Shown here: positions 43,257-57,193 of the stretch, piece after piece
How the letters are laid out: each line of letters opens with the position of its first letter
How positions within the stretch are numbered: position 1 is the first letter of the stretch
Origin: the human T2T-CHM13v2.0 reference genome, Homo sapiens
Reading direction: 5' to 3' (one strand)
NCBI RefSeq assembly: GCF_009914755.1
Contig: NC_060935.1
Length of the DNA stretch: 64,000 nt
Program-made: the position numbers and the translations under genes
Notes under the pieces: model-generated
Told to the model about the DNA's origin: nothing
Seen by the model: only the letters and a program-made list of their open reading frames with translations
Database searches by the model: none

Positions 43257-43766
43257 TGGATGGAGAGATGGGTAGATGGAAAGATGGAGAAATGGATAGG
43301 TGGAGAGAAATGGATGAATGGAGAGATGGATGGATGAATGGACAGACGGATAGATGGAGAAATGGATGGATGGATGAAAAGATGGAGAGATGGATGGATG
43401 GATAGAGGTGAATAGATGGACTGATGGAGAGACGGATGGAAGGATGAATACAGAGATGGAAGGATGGATGGATGGAGAGATAGGAGGATGGATGGAGAGA
43501 TGAGTGGATAGATTGATGGAGGGATGGATGGATGAAGAGTTGGAAGGATGGAGAGATAGATGGAAGGATGGATGGAGAGATGAATGGATGGGTTGACAGA
43601 TGGAGAGATGGATAGGTGAATGGAGAAATGAGAAGGAAGGATGGACGGATGGAGAGGTGAATGGATAGATGGATGGATGGATGGATGAATGAATAGAGAA
43701 ATGGTGAGATGGAGGGATCGAGAAATGGAGGGAGAGATGGAAGGATGGAGGGATGGATGGATGGAG
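43257..43766 (+). repeat. Degenerate (GGAT/GGAGA)n purine-rich array, about 510 bp
   Basis: Directly visible; causes the HPSI-rich antisense ORFs. Confidence 0.92.
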
Positions 43767-46628
43767 GGGTGCACAAGAGAGCCTCAGGAGAAGCCCAGGA
43801 CCCCTCAGTGCAGTGTTTGGTGGATGGTCCGTTTCTCTTGCGCTGTCTTGGAGTAGTGCAGCAAGAAGGAAACTGGCCTGGAGTTTGAGGTCCTGACACT
43901 GCTACAGGTTGTATAACCCTGCACAAGTCCTGCTCCCTCTTCTCAGTCCACACAATGAAAGTGGTCCTCCCTGACCTGCTAGCCATGCTGTCTTCCCAAG
44001 CTCAGGGAAGATGGCAAGGCAGAAATTACTGGGAAAGGACAAGGTGCATTGTCCCCTGGCATATATGTATGGGCAGATTCGGCCAAAACGCAGAGGGTGG
44101 TGCAGAGATGTGAGATTGGGCACTTGGCTTTCTTTCCCTCCTTTCAAATTTCTTTTAATACAGTTGTGATGTGATTGACGACAACAAAAGTAGAAAATTG
44201 TGTAAGCATCTCAAAGTACTTTTACTCAAAATGGAAGCTTTTATGATGTTGACTCAAAAAATGGTTTATTGGTTTTGAGCACAGAGACCAGACCTGGAGC
44301 CTGTGGGAACGGGGGAGGCCAAGGCGAGGAGTGTAACCACTAACTTCACACGGCATGGTCTCCACTCACTCGAGCCAGAAGGGTGGCCACTGGGGGTGCT
44401 GTGGCTCTGGCGGGAGGTGTCTGCCAGGCGCACGCATTTACATATTTATTCTTGGGCCTCCTTTGGTTCAGTGAATGCAGGTGGCTACTAATGATCATCA
44501 TTATGCGCCCACACAAGGGAAGAGCCACAGTGCTGCTGGAGAGCTCACACCTCCCAACCACTGCCAGCCAGACTCACTTGGAAAACCAATACACACCCCA
44601 GAAGCCTGAGAGGCCCCACTTATCCAGGGCACAGACGCTGAGGAGCCCAGTATCCCAGCACTGGGGTTCCAGGAGGCTCTGCAGGCCCCAGGGAAGGTGG
44701 GGGTGGGGGCTGCAGCAGGGAAGGTGGACTGAGGACATACAAAGCTGGACGGGCACCAAGAGCCTCACTTAGTGCCTTGGTTTTCTAAATGAGGGAGCAG
44801 ATGGAGAGTTTGGTGGGTGCATTTATTAAGCACCAACTGCATGCAAGGCACTGAGCCAGGTGCTGGGGGATCCAGCCTCAGGTCCTCCCTTGAAGCCAGG
44901 GAGACAATTCTTTTCATGCTCCGTTGTTGCTGTCATGGTTCACAGGACCACACAAGCCAAGCAGAGGGTGGCCCATTGCAGGGAGGGAGGGATGACGTCT
45001 GCATGGATTCTTACAGAAGGGGAACAGTACAGTGAAGGGCCAGGCTGGAGCCAGCTCAGGGCATTAGTGGGCAGTAGTGGGAGACACGGCTGGTGGGCTG
45101 GGCAGGGCCCTTGGAGACTACTGTAGGAGCACTGCCTCTATCCTGAGAGCTATGGGACGCTCTCAGGATAAAGCCGAGAAGCTATGGGAAGGGTCTGAGG
45201 TGAACACACCAGTGGGATGAACCTGCCTCCTTTTTGGGTTCTTAATTTCAAAAGCAGAGCTCAGTGGTTTCTCTCTTTATCGGGAGGCAGCGGCCACAGC
45301 TGACTGGAGCCTCTGGGCTCCCAGGACACGGCAATCATCCTCTCAAAATGCCAAGGCCCGCTGCCCCTGCCCCACCCCCATCGGTATAAAACAATTTCTG
45401 CGCCCCGGCCAGGGAGGCGGATGACCTCATTGGACTTTTTCCATCTCTCGCTTTCATGGAGAAATTACAATTTAAAATTGGATGAAATCACGCGGGTGGT
45501 AATAGCAATAAGGGCTCGTGCTAGAGCCGGCCGCCCTCCCGCCGCGTGCAGGGACTCTGTCCTCATCTTCCCTCCTGCGTAAGCCCCACCGTACCCCTTC
45601 CAGGGCCTGTGCCCCACCTGTAGTATTCACCAGGCACTGGCCATTCAGAATCGATGTCCCGTGGGGCTTGCTGGCTCTGAAACCTCCTTCTTCCTAGGGC
45701 AGCTTGTCCCAAGAAAACTCCCCCTGCCACCCTGTCCACCCCATCAGACTCAGCCTGCACACCACCTGGCTGGCACACACCCTTCCCAAATGACTTCCCT
45801 GCCAGGCTGTGAGCCCCGTGGGCAGCCACCCCCCATCTGGGTGCTGGGCTTATTAAAACACGAACCCTAATATCCCTGTTTTTATTTGTAACGGCCTCCG
45901 ACAACAAGCATTTCTCAAATCAGCCACCTTAGGCCCTACAAAGAAAAGTGCCCAGATGCAGCTGAGCCCATCTGGATCTGATTTCAAACCAGAGTGAGCA
46001 CTCTCAGATGTGTAATAAAAGCCCTTTTCCAAAGAGGGGTTCCTGCAGGGGGAATACAGACACCAGGGCGCCGCGGCCCTTCCACATGCCGCACTAATGA
46101 GAGGTGCTGGGGAGGGCTCGGGGTTTTGTTTTGGATTCCAGAACAGCCTGCCCTGCCCTCCGTCTGTGTGGAAGAGGAGGGCGGCTGCCGGTGTTGAGGA
46201 CTGACCCCCCCACCTAGGAAGTGGGGTGGGCACCAGACAGAGGCCAGGAACACGGAGACCCAACTTCCCCAGTTCCCTGATGGTCCTGCTTCCCATGGTG
46301 GGGAAAGGCAGTGCTTGTTCTGGAAGCCCAGGCCATGGCGGCCCAGTTGGAGCCTTTGAATGACATTTAGCAAGAAGAGCAGGTGCCGGGGGAATTGGAG
46401 CCAGCTCTGGGCTGGGCGGTTGGCCCTGCACGGCCAGGAGCTCGAAAAACTTCATTTTTCTCTTCCCAGTCCTTCCACCCCCAGGGAGGGAAAACCAGGT
46501 AGCTGCAAGGCTGGGCACCATGCATGGCCAATTGTCAGGATTTGGAAAGAGGCAGGAGATAGGGAGAATAACCCCAGCCCCTTCCCCGGCTCATAGGCAA
46601 GTGGCATTAAGAAAAAAAACAGGATCCA

Positions 46629-46994
<366 letters not shown>

Positions 46995-47034
46995 TCATGT
47001 CTCTGGGCTTAATCACTGGTATTGTTTTTGGCAG

Positions 47035-48023
47035 GTGAGGAAGCAGGCAGTGGGCGAGAAGATGGATTCCTTTTTGGACAGACAAGACCAGAGAGTGAAG
47101 CGGGAATAACTCATCCTCCCTACCTCCCCAGCAAGGAAACCTCTACAAACAGGAGCAGCCAAGCAGGACTGAGGCCCTCGCCCCCCAAGCATCTTCTCAA
47201 AGAAGGGCATGTGGGGGCCTGACAGCTCAGCTGCATGTGTCAGCAGCTCCAGCCCCACCACGAACATCTGAACTCCTCAGCGGGGTAATGGACCCCCTCC
47301 TTTCCCCCGGAGACACAGCCTGAGTGGCAGGAATACAGAGCCTTTGGAGAGTGGCTCCCTCTCAGCTCCGTCATGCAAGAACACTCTCTGCACCCAGCCC
47401 ATTCTGCCAAGTGACTTAAAGGAATTAAAAAAAAAAAAAAGCCTTGGTAAACAAAAAGGGGGTAAAAGCCACGCAGAGGCCCTTCAGAAGAGGTGGCGGG
47501 CTGCAGACAAAAGGGCAAGAGTTGAAAAGGGCTGTGGAGGTAGCAAGCAGCAGAGGCCACCCTGCTCAGGGCTGGGTGCCAGGCCACAGGGCATGCCCGA
47601 CGAACAGGGAGTCGGAACCCCCTCAGGCCACCCTCGGGAGTCCTGGGGTCCAGAGGGGTGTCCCTGTACCCCTTGCACACAGGACCCTCACTCTGCAGGG
47701 ATAAGCCAGCTGCGCCTGCAGCCTAGGGTGCCAAGGAGGCTGCTGATTGTGGCCCACAGCCTCATCTGAACGCCAGGAGACCAGGATACCGAGGCACCGG
47801 ATCCCCTCTCTGTGCCCTGGGGAGCCCCAGTGCTGCCCAGTCACCCCAGGGCTGAGGTCTGCGTCCCTAGTGGTGCAAGGCCTGGTAGGACCACGGGGCA
47901 GGGAATGTGAGCGCCATCCGAGCTCACAGTGTCCTGAGTCGCGGCTTCGTGACTTTGGCAGGGGCCTCCGGACCAGTGACCCCAGTCAAACCCAGAGGGT
48001 CTTGGGCGGCAGCGACGAAGGAG
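47035..48023 (+). other. FLRT1: Probable non-coding 5'UTR exon of FLRT1 (5' boundary less certain; internal transcription starts possible)
   Basis: Strong donor GAG|GTAAGG at 48023/48024. Upstream acceptor has branch-like CTTAAT (47008-47013) and attgtttttggCAG| at 47034. The junction ..gcgacgaaggag|gtattcagg.. matches my recollection of the FLRT1 mRNA leader (not verified here). Confidence 0.65.
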
Positions 48024-49452
48024 GTAAGGCCCAAGGACAAGGGAAGAGGGACGCGAATTCAGAAGGGCTCCAGGGTGGGCCCAGGGTTCCTCGCACCCAG
48101 ACAGCTGGGTTGCACCCTCCAAAGGCCCCTTTTCCCAGCCAGAGCTCCACAGGTCTCCAAGGGTCTGCAGCTCCATCCCACACACCCACTCACGCAGTTC
48201 ATGCAGCTGGCAGCTTCTGCTTGCCGGCATAAGCATCATTTGCCACCTGGTGGTCCCCGTGCTGCTGGGCTCTACCCAGCAGCTGGACCCAGGATGTAAT
48301 GGAGTGGCCTCTCCTGGAGTAAATGGCCCTGCAGCAGGGTGGAGGAATCTCATTTTGAGCCCCCTCCCTAAAGGTGGTAGCAGTGAGGCCTTGGCGGGTT
48401 GGTGGGCAGGAGCTCTGGTAACCTAGGCTACTTGCCCTGGCGCCTGCTGCCCTTGAACGAGAGGGAGTCCACAAGTCTATATCAGGGCCCGCCCCTGTTC
48501 TGGCCAGGGGACCCAGGGTGGGTTGATCCAAAGCTACTGCCCAAGGTCCTGCTCCTGTTGGCCCTTGGGCACCATCTGCGCTGGCTTCCAGTTCAGCCTC
48601 TTTGTTGGTTACTGGAGCAAGCTGAGGCCCAGAGAAGGGCAGAGAGTGCCCCAAGGGTCACACAGCAGGCGGTGAGTCCTCCCTGCCGCTGAGGAGGGGC
48701 TGACTCCTCCAGGGATCCCAGGAGGCCAGAGGGAGAGGCTGCACCGCCAAAAACACAAATCCCAGCAACCTCAAGCCTCTGTGCCCTGGGCAGGACAGGG
48801 AAGCCCCAATTCATTACCAAGATGGAAAATGACACTTCCCACGCTCTTCCTCAGGAGAGGGGTTGATTTATGATTGCACCAGGGCCTGGGACATTCGTCA
48901 GCACGGCGCAGCGTGCATGCCATCTGCGGGGGCATTAATAGCCATGTTATTAGCCACCGGTGTGAAAGATGCCCTGCGGATGGGCTATTTGCTGTTATTT
49001 ATTATAAAAGTGCGCCAGCCCGACAGCGGGGCCGCGAGCGTGCCTGAGCCGGAGCTGGGCTGGCTGCTTCTCTCCCAGTGCCCAGCCCTGGTCCCTACTG
49101 CCCCTCTAGTCCCTAGGAGGGCTCGGGGGTCATTCCCAGGCTGAAGCCAAGCTAGAGGGGAGCAGCTGCTGTCCCCCAGGCCTGCTGCCATGAAAGGTCT
49201 GCTCAGTGGCTCTGTGCAAAGGGAGGCAAGAAACAAACGCTCTGGGCAGACAGACCTGGGTTGGGGCCTGGCCCTCTGGTTGTGAGCATGTGACCTTGGA
49301 CAGGTCTGCCCCTCCCTGTATGCCTCCCCTTTCTGCACTGGGGATGCAGCCTGTCCCCTCCACACAGGCTGTGGCCAGCTGGAGAGAGCATTCTATGACG
49401 TGCCCAACACTCAGGCACCCAGCCCTGCCAGCTACTCCTAATGCTAAGAGGC

Positions 49453-49502
49453 GTGACCCCACAGGCATGAGTGACCCCACAGGCGTGAGTGACCCCACAG
49501 GC
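49453..49502 (+). repeat. 18-bp minisatellite, about 3 copies
   Basis: GTGACCCCACAGGC(A/G)TGA repeated. Confidence 0.85.
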
Positions 49503-50231
49503 TTGAGGGGCTGCAGACATGCTGGTGGAGAAGAGCGGCTCCCATGAGGCCCTGCTGGAGTTGAGACACTGTTCCCCAGCATCCTCCCTGTGCCAAACCC
49601 CTGGGAAAGGGTTACAGTTGGGCGCCAAGGCCCCAGGAGGTGGGCGGGGAGGCTGCCCACAGCTGCGGGAGGGCTCTGTCTCCACCCTGAGCCTGTCTCT
49701 TCCATGCAGGGCCTCAGATTTTCCTCATCTGCAAAAAGCAGACAATCGCTGAGGTCCTTTATCTCATGATTCCAGGGTCCTGAGTGGTGGGTTCCATCCG
49801 TGAGTGTATCTGTGGGGTGGGCGGGAGGGGAAAAGGCCCTCTGTAGGAAAGTGAGGATCACCTCTGATAGTTGGAGACAGACAGGCAGTTGGGCAGTGCC
49901 AGGCCAGCATCCATATCAGTGGGGGTGAGGAGGGATGGCCAAGAGTCTCCCTTTGGGGTCAGAGAGGTCCCGCTGGGCAGCTGAGATAGGCGGTAGGAGA
50001 CCTGGGAAGGGGAGAGCTCCAGACATCGAGTCTGAGGCCTGGGTTTGTGGCCACCCCTCTGCCATCTGCTGCACAATCCAGACCTTTCCCTTTGCCTCTT
50101 TGGGCTGCTGTGGTGAGGGCACCCTGGGTCACCATGACGTCCTGGGGTGGGCTGTAGGAAGGCCAGCCTCCCTCTTCTCTACCACCCAGCCCTGGGTCTA
50201 GGTTCAGGGGCCTCCCTTTTGGTGGCCCTGT

Positions 50232-50370
50232 TCATTCATTCATCAGATGTTTACTGAGCACTTTCTGTGCCAGGCTCCATGCCAGGCACAAGGCAGACCA
50301 TGTCCTAACTATAGGAGTTTACATTCTAAGGGGAGGAGACAATCCATAAACTCATGATAAATAAATAGGG
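50232..50370 (-). mobile_element. L2 3' fragment
   Basis: ttcattcattcatcagatgtttactgagcactttctgtgccaggc..ggagtttacattctaagggg. Confidence 0.7.
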
Positions 50371-50709
50371 AGGGTCCCACTGGGAGAAGGGCCTGCCTCC
50401 TGCCTTGTCAGGGTTGTTCTCAGCCCCTGAGAGGCCCTGCCCTCAGAGCCCAGTGCCAAGCCTCTGATCTAGGATCAGTGAGTGTTGCCCATCACCAGCC
50501 TTTACTGGTCACACTGCTCCTCTCCAGGCTCTCTGCTGTGGCCCAGGATCCTAAAGGCGGCTGAGGAGAGAAGCAGTGCAGAGCCCGCAGCCTCAGTCCT
50601 GTTCTGGAGGACTGTCCCCAGCCCTGCTGGTGCTGCCTCTCTTCCTTTTCCTCATCCCCCAAAATAAAGACCTTTAGCCCCTCTCCTTCCCTCTGAAATT
50701 CCACTGGGC

Positions 50710-51022
50710 TTTCTTTTATTTATTTTATTTTATTTTTTTTTGAGATAGGGTCTTACTCTGTCACTCGGGCTGGAGTGCAGTGGCACGATCTCTCGGCTCA
50801 CTGCAACCTCCGCCTCCCAGGTTCAAGTGAATCTCCTGCCTCAGCCTCCCAAGTAGCTGGGATTACAGGCATGCACCACCATGCCCAGCTAATTTTTGTA
50901 TTTTTAGTAGAGACAGAGTTTCGCCATGTTGACCAGGCTGGTTTTGAACTCCTGACCTCAGGTGATCCACCTGCCTCAGCCTCCCAAAGTGCTGGGATTA
51001 CAATGAGCCAACTTGCCCAGCC
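50710..51022 (-). mobile_element. Alu (AluSx-like) with TSD
   Basis: Full dimer; TSD CCACTGGGCTTTCTTTT at 50701-50717 and 51022-51038. Confidence 0.93.
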
Positions 51023-51895
51023 CACTGGGCTTTCTTTTTCCCTTCCATAAAGGAATTAAGTCTCAGTTTAGGCAGCTTTACTAAAAATGGACACAGACAG
51101 ACAGAAATATCAGGTGTAGGAGCATCTTATTAAATAATGCCGAGAGAGAAAGGAACAAAATTACACGTGTCTCCTTTCATCCCCCCACCCCCTCCTGGCC
51201 TTGAATGGTTTAATATCGAACACTGTTATCAATATAATTAACTTCCTAAGACACAATTCTAAAGTCCTGTTTTTTTAAAAGCGATTTACATTCTCTGAAG
51301 TTCAGGACATCCCGCCGCCTGGCACCAGCGCCGCCCAGCCGGCCTATGTGGTTAGGTGCATTTATAGTGGATTTGCATACCTGTCTGCAATTACCGCCAG
51401 TGATAACAGCTGATGCATAATGCATGCAGCATGAAATTAGAAAAATAATTAACTTTAGGTTTTAAAAGAATTCCCGCCCCAGCCCCCATGCATCACAAGT
51501 TCTAAATGATACCAGTGGATGGGATCCAGGAGCAAAGCTGTTCAGGGTGATGGGTGTGGCTGGCTGGCACCCTGCCCTGGCGGGAGCTGGGGTTAGAAGG
51601 TCCTTGAGGGTCATGGCATCTAGTCCCTGCCCTAAGGAGATGCCTCTGGTGGGCCTGCAGTCCCTGGGGCATCTGCCTGAACTAGGGCTTGGAAAAGCCC
51701 CACTCACACGACTCAAGGCTCCCCTCCCTTCCTGCAGTTCATGTCTGGGGCTCAGGGAAGAATGGCTCATTGCTAGTAATGGTAATAGTTCCCTCATTCT
51801 GAATACGACTCTGCTAAACATTGAAAGTAACCTTATTTTATCTTCACAAAAGCCCAGGGAAGTAGATCGTTTATGGTCAGATAGACTTGAGACCC

Positions 51896-52171
<276 letters not shown>

Positions 52172-52711
52172 GACTTGAGACCCAGGGCCACCCCACAGTA
52201 GGCTGAGCAGCTTGGTTGAGCCAGGCAGACCACTGGCTACTTGCCTTCACAGGAAAGGGGCTTCCTGGCGAGAAGGAGGGGAGCTCTCCCTGGGTCTCCC
52301 TGAGCACCAGGAAGCAGCGGCCTGCCCTGTCTACCTCCTGGCCCTCTTCCCTCTGTCTTATTTGCAGTTGAGCCCCCAGGAAGGTGGGGTCTTTCATTAA
52401 TTTAAACAAAGGTTTGCTGAAGCCCCATCACAGAGCTGGAGATGATTGTGCCTTGGTAGGGCTTCCTGTCTAGTGGGAGGTGGGACTGGGGTCCCACTGG
52501 CCTTTCCCGCTCTGGGGCTGAGAAACTGCTTCTGCCCGCAGTCTGCCTGCACGGCATTCTCAGTGAGGAATTGAAGGCATGGCAAGGTTTAGGGGAGACA
52601 CATGAATTATTGCTGAAGGGAGGGACTGGCAGGGGAAAGACACCTGCAAGGGACCCCACCTGGGGGCTGAGAAGTGGGGGAAAAGCCAAAGGACCCCAGG
52701 GTCTGCAGCAA

Positions 52712-52752
52712 CCACACACCAGTGCCAGGCCACACACCAGTGCCAGGCCACA
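52712..52752 (+). repeat. 18-bp tandem duplication
   Basis: CCACACACCAGTGCCAGG x2 plus partial third copy. Confidence 0.8.
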
Positions 52753-53993
52753 TGGGCAGCCAGATTCCTAAGGACAGAGGCAGGCAGGTGGGCAGGAAGG
52801 AGGCTGAGGGGCAAGTGGGGGTGGGGGAGACGTGACCAGCATCCATGCACGTGAGCATGTACTTGTCTTTCCTACATACAGAGTTTACATGCAGGACACT
52901 TCCTCTCCCCGCCTGGCCCTGCCTGAGATGCCCCCATCCCAGGGATGGGACAGGTGAAAGAGGAGACGTGGGAGTGAGGCCAGACAGGGATGGGGGGCTA
53001 TTTCCTTGCTGGCTTCCAGAAGCTCCTGGGACATGCCTGTGAATAGAAAATAGCATCCCCAGGTTCCATGAGGGCCAGGAGCCAGCAGCAGGGTCCCCAG
53101 CAAAGGCTGAGCAGCAGACAGTGGGCCATAAGCCACCACGAGGGGTGGGGAAGAAGCTTGGTGTCACTGACTTATAAAGGCTTTGCAGTTGGGTGTAGAC
53201 ACCCACACTCAGCTTCCCTACTGCTCCCCCAGACCTGGGAAACCCGGGAGGCTGCCGGCCTCTCCCCACTCGTGACACTGGGCAGCAGCTCCACAAAGGG
53301 TCTAATGCACCGTGAGCACAGCTTCTGGGGAGGGCTGCAGAGGGGGTGGAAAGGGGAGGGACAGAAGCCTCAGGACTTCTCAGGGGTGGGAGTGAGTGTG
53401 GCGTGGAGGAGGTAGGGAACTATTTCTGGCCACTGGATGACCTGGTGACGAAGGCCCATTTAAAACCCTCTTACCTCCCCGGACTCCTCCACCCTGCCCC
53501 CAGCCTGGAGGGCCTCCCATGGGAGGCTGGTGCGGCCCCACAGGAGGGGATGGTTGATGGCCCCATCCACCAGCTCTGTGCGGCCCAGACATAGGGTCAA
53601 GGCTGCCAGCATGGCTTGGGGGAGGGGCAGGGTTGCACCCACACAGTTTGAGGTGGGCAGGGGGCAACACCTCAGCTTCACAGAGGCTGATAAGGGGTCA
53701 GCCTGTCCGGAAGGCACAGCAGGAGCAGGGGAGTAGAGAACGGGCCACTGGAGCGCGGAGGACAGAGACGGGCAGCTACTGCAGAAGCTAGGCCGTGTGT
53801 CTGGGGAGGCAGAGACTTGGGGCAGCTTTTAAACTGGATGCGTCGGGGGCATCCAGATCACACTCAGGAGCGGGTACTCTGCACATATAATGTCAGTGAA
53901 TCCTGAATTGTAAGTTCCCATGTAAGGGCCCCTATTATGACCACATTTATAGATGAGGAAATCAAACCTCAGAGAGGGCAAGCAGCTTGCTCA

Positions 53994-54313
<320 letters not shown>

Positions 54314-56075
54314 TCATACCACCTGAAAGTGGCAGAGGCAGGATTTGAACCCAGGCCTCTCTGTCCTGGAGGTTGGCAGGGGACAACGACTGATAGAGCC
54401 AAGAATAATGCCAAGAATAATGCCCCAGGGCCCCCAGCTAAGCGGAGGAGTAATGGACACCTACAGCCTGAGCCATCCCACTGCTCCCTTCGCCCACCCC
54501 CGTGGCCCGCTAAGGATCCGGCTGTCAGTCATGGAGCTGGCAGGTCGTAACTCACACCACGCTGAAGTCTGAGGGATCCACGCAAGGGCGACAAGCGATC
54601 CCATAAAAGATGGGCGATTTACCAGGTTTAATTTGATGGCCACATAAACTATGAAACACACAACAAGGGAATAAAAAGGCAAGCAGGCACCCAGGCAATT
54701 AGAGATTCCTCTGGTGAGGCGTGCTATCTTCCTCCCCACCCCCAGGTCCCGCCCTACTTTCCTGGAGCCAGAGGGCTCAGCCTCGGGCTGGCCTTGGGGA
54801 GGGGGGCGGCAGGGGAGCCTTTGGCCAAGATGGATGAGGCCCACAGACAGTGGAGCGGAAAGGCCTTGGGTCCCTGCCTCCCAAATGCTTCTTGGTTATC
54901 CATCAAGCATCTCTGAAAGGTGCAATTTAGACTCTATTATGATGCTGAGGCCTCTGAAGGCTGAGGACTGTGGCCATGAGCTGAGCGGGCGCTGGGAACA
55001 GATGTCCATACCATGGAATGCGGTGGCTTGCCTTGGCTTTGGCCTTAACAAGTTTGCCCCCTACTTAGGGCACTGCTCAGAACAGCTGAGTACAAAGGCC
55101 ACCTGTATCCCTTGTGCCAGAACTCAGCAGCCAACAGACCAGGTTGGGGGTAATCCTCCAGCCAGACGCTGGGGGCCCCCTGGCAGAGGTGCTCCTAGAC
55201 TCAGACTTGACCCTGGAGACTGAGGCAAAGTGACCTGTGAGCTGGCCTGTGTCTTCCTGTCTCTAGCATTGCCCTGTGCTACCTACCTGCTCATAAGTGG
55301 CTTGAGGCAGGACCTCCGGCTCCATAACCTTCACGAGCCTGGCTCAGTGCAGAAGGGACAGACGTGCAGTGGGAAATCTGGGCTGGCTGTGACCTTGGCT
55401 GGGCCCCTCATGTCTCTGAGTCTCAGGCTGCTGGGCTGTGAAATGAGGGCTGTGGACCTGTGTGTAGGCGGCAACCTCTGCACCCTTGCCTGTGAAGGGG
55501 GGTGGGTGAGGTCTGGCCAGAGAGGTCACCCCACCACCTAGGCTTTTCCTGATCCTCTGAAGGCTGATGTGTCTAGCTCTGCATGCTGTCCTGGCTTCAA
55601 GCCCGTCCTTTCCCATGATCTGGGCCAGTGTCCTTCCCAGTCCCCAATGTAATGAAAGGTGAGGTGGTCAGATAAGGGTCAGAGCAGCCTGGGATGGCCC
55701 TGGGCAAAGGAAGCAGGAGGCTCACAGGAGAGTGGGCATCTCCATGAAGGTCTGAGAATGCTCAGCCTGGGCTGCAGGACTGTGTCTGGGCTGGCCAGGG
55801 ACTCACAGCCCTCAGCAGTGTGGAGTCAAGCACTGAGGTCCTGCAGCCACGCAGCCCTGGGGTGGAATCCAGACCCCACCTCCTTCTGCCAGGGGACCAT
55901 GGACAGGTCTCTGTGCCTCTGTTCTCTCATCTACAGAACGAGTCCATCACAGTTTCTCCTTTGAAATCTTTAGTGAGCATCTGCCACGTGGGAAACACTA
56001 TGAATAAGATGCACAAATCCCTGCCCTTGTAGAGCGTACCTTCTAGTGGGGAGACAGACAATAAAAACAAAAAAG

Positions 56076-56405
<330 letters not shown>

Positions 56406-57193
56406 TTAGTTGGTGGTAAATACTATAGGCAAGCAAGGAACTGAGAGGAGTATCTGGGAGTTATAATTCTCGATAGGGTGCCCAGGAAAGGCCTCACTGG
56501 AAGGAGATGCAGGCGTGGATCTGGGGATGAGCTGTCCAGGCAGAGAGCACAGCACTTGCAAGGGCCCTGGGGATACTAGGGGGTGCCTGGCTGCTGCAGT
56601 CAGTGAGAGGGGAATGGGGTGGACCAGGCCAACAGGGGTGCCACATAGGATTGCACAGGGCCTTAGCAGCCACCTTGATGACTGTGGTGGCTGCCTGGGC
56701 AGAGACCCTGTAAGTGTGAAGGGAACGTTTGAGTGTGCAGGGGTGAGTGGCAGAGACATTCACCACAGCAGGGCCCATTCTGTCATCGGGTGGTCACTGA
56801 TGCAAAGCCATGCTTGGCCACAGTCCCTGCCCTGGCAGTTTGGTGACATGAAAACACCAGTCACCAAATGGTGTGACCTGCAACCCACAGAGTGCTGCAA
56901 GCCTCAAGATTGCCAAGATTCTGGCCTCCTCCCTAGATGGCCTGGGTTCCTCCTACCTGGTTCTCAAGTAGTCTTGAGTAAGCTAACATCTCTGAGCTTC
57001 AATTTTCTCATCTGTTAAATGGGATTAAGGGCACTGACCTCATGTTTGTTGGGAGGGTTAAATGACTTAAATATTAGGAAAGTTCTCAGCAAAGTCTTTA
57101 TTATAGTGTGAACTATCATCCATCCCATCAGAATGGAATCCCAAGTGGCTACAACAGGGCCTGGAATATAGTAGATGCTCAATAAAGCTCTGT

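Noticed and set aside
42983-43986. 263- and 317-aa - strand ORFs
   Set aside because: Same repeat artefact over the 43257-43766 array.
44150-44280. AT-rich stretch with TGATG motifs resembling a C/D snoRNA
   Set aside because: No proper RTGATGA C box paired with a CTGA D box and terminal stem.
53832-53858. CTGGATGC..GCATCCAG 8-bp hairpin
   Set aside because: Too short for a pre-miRNA; expected by chance in 64 kb.
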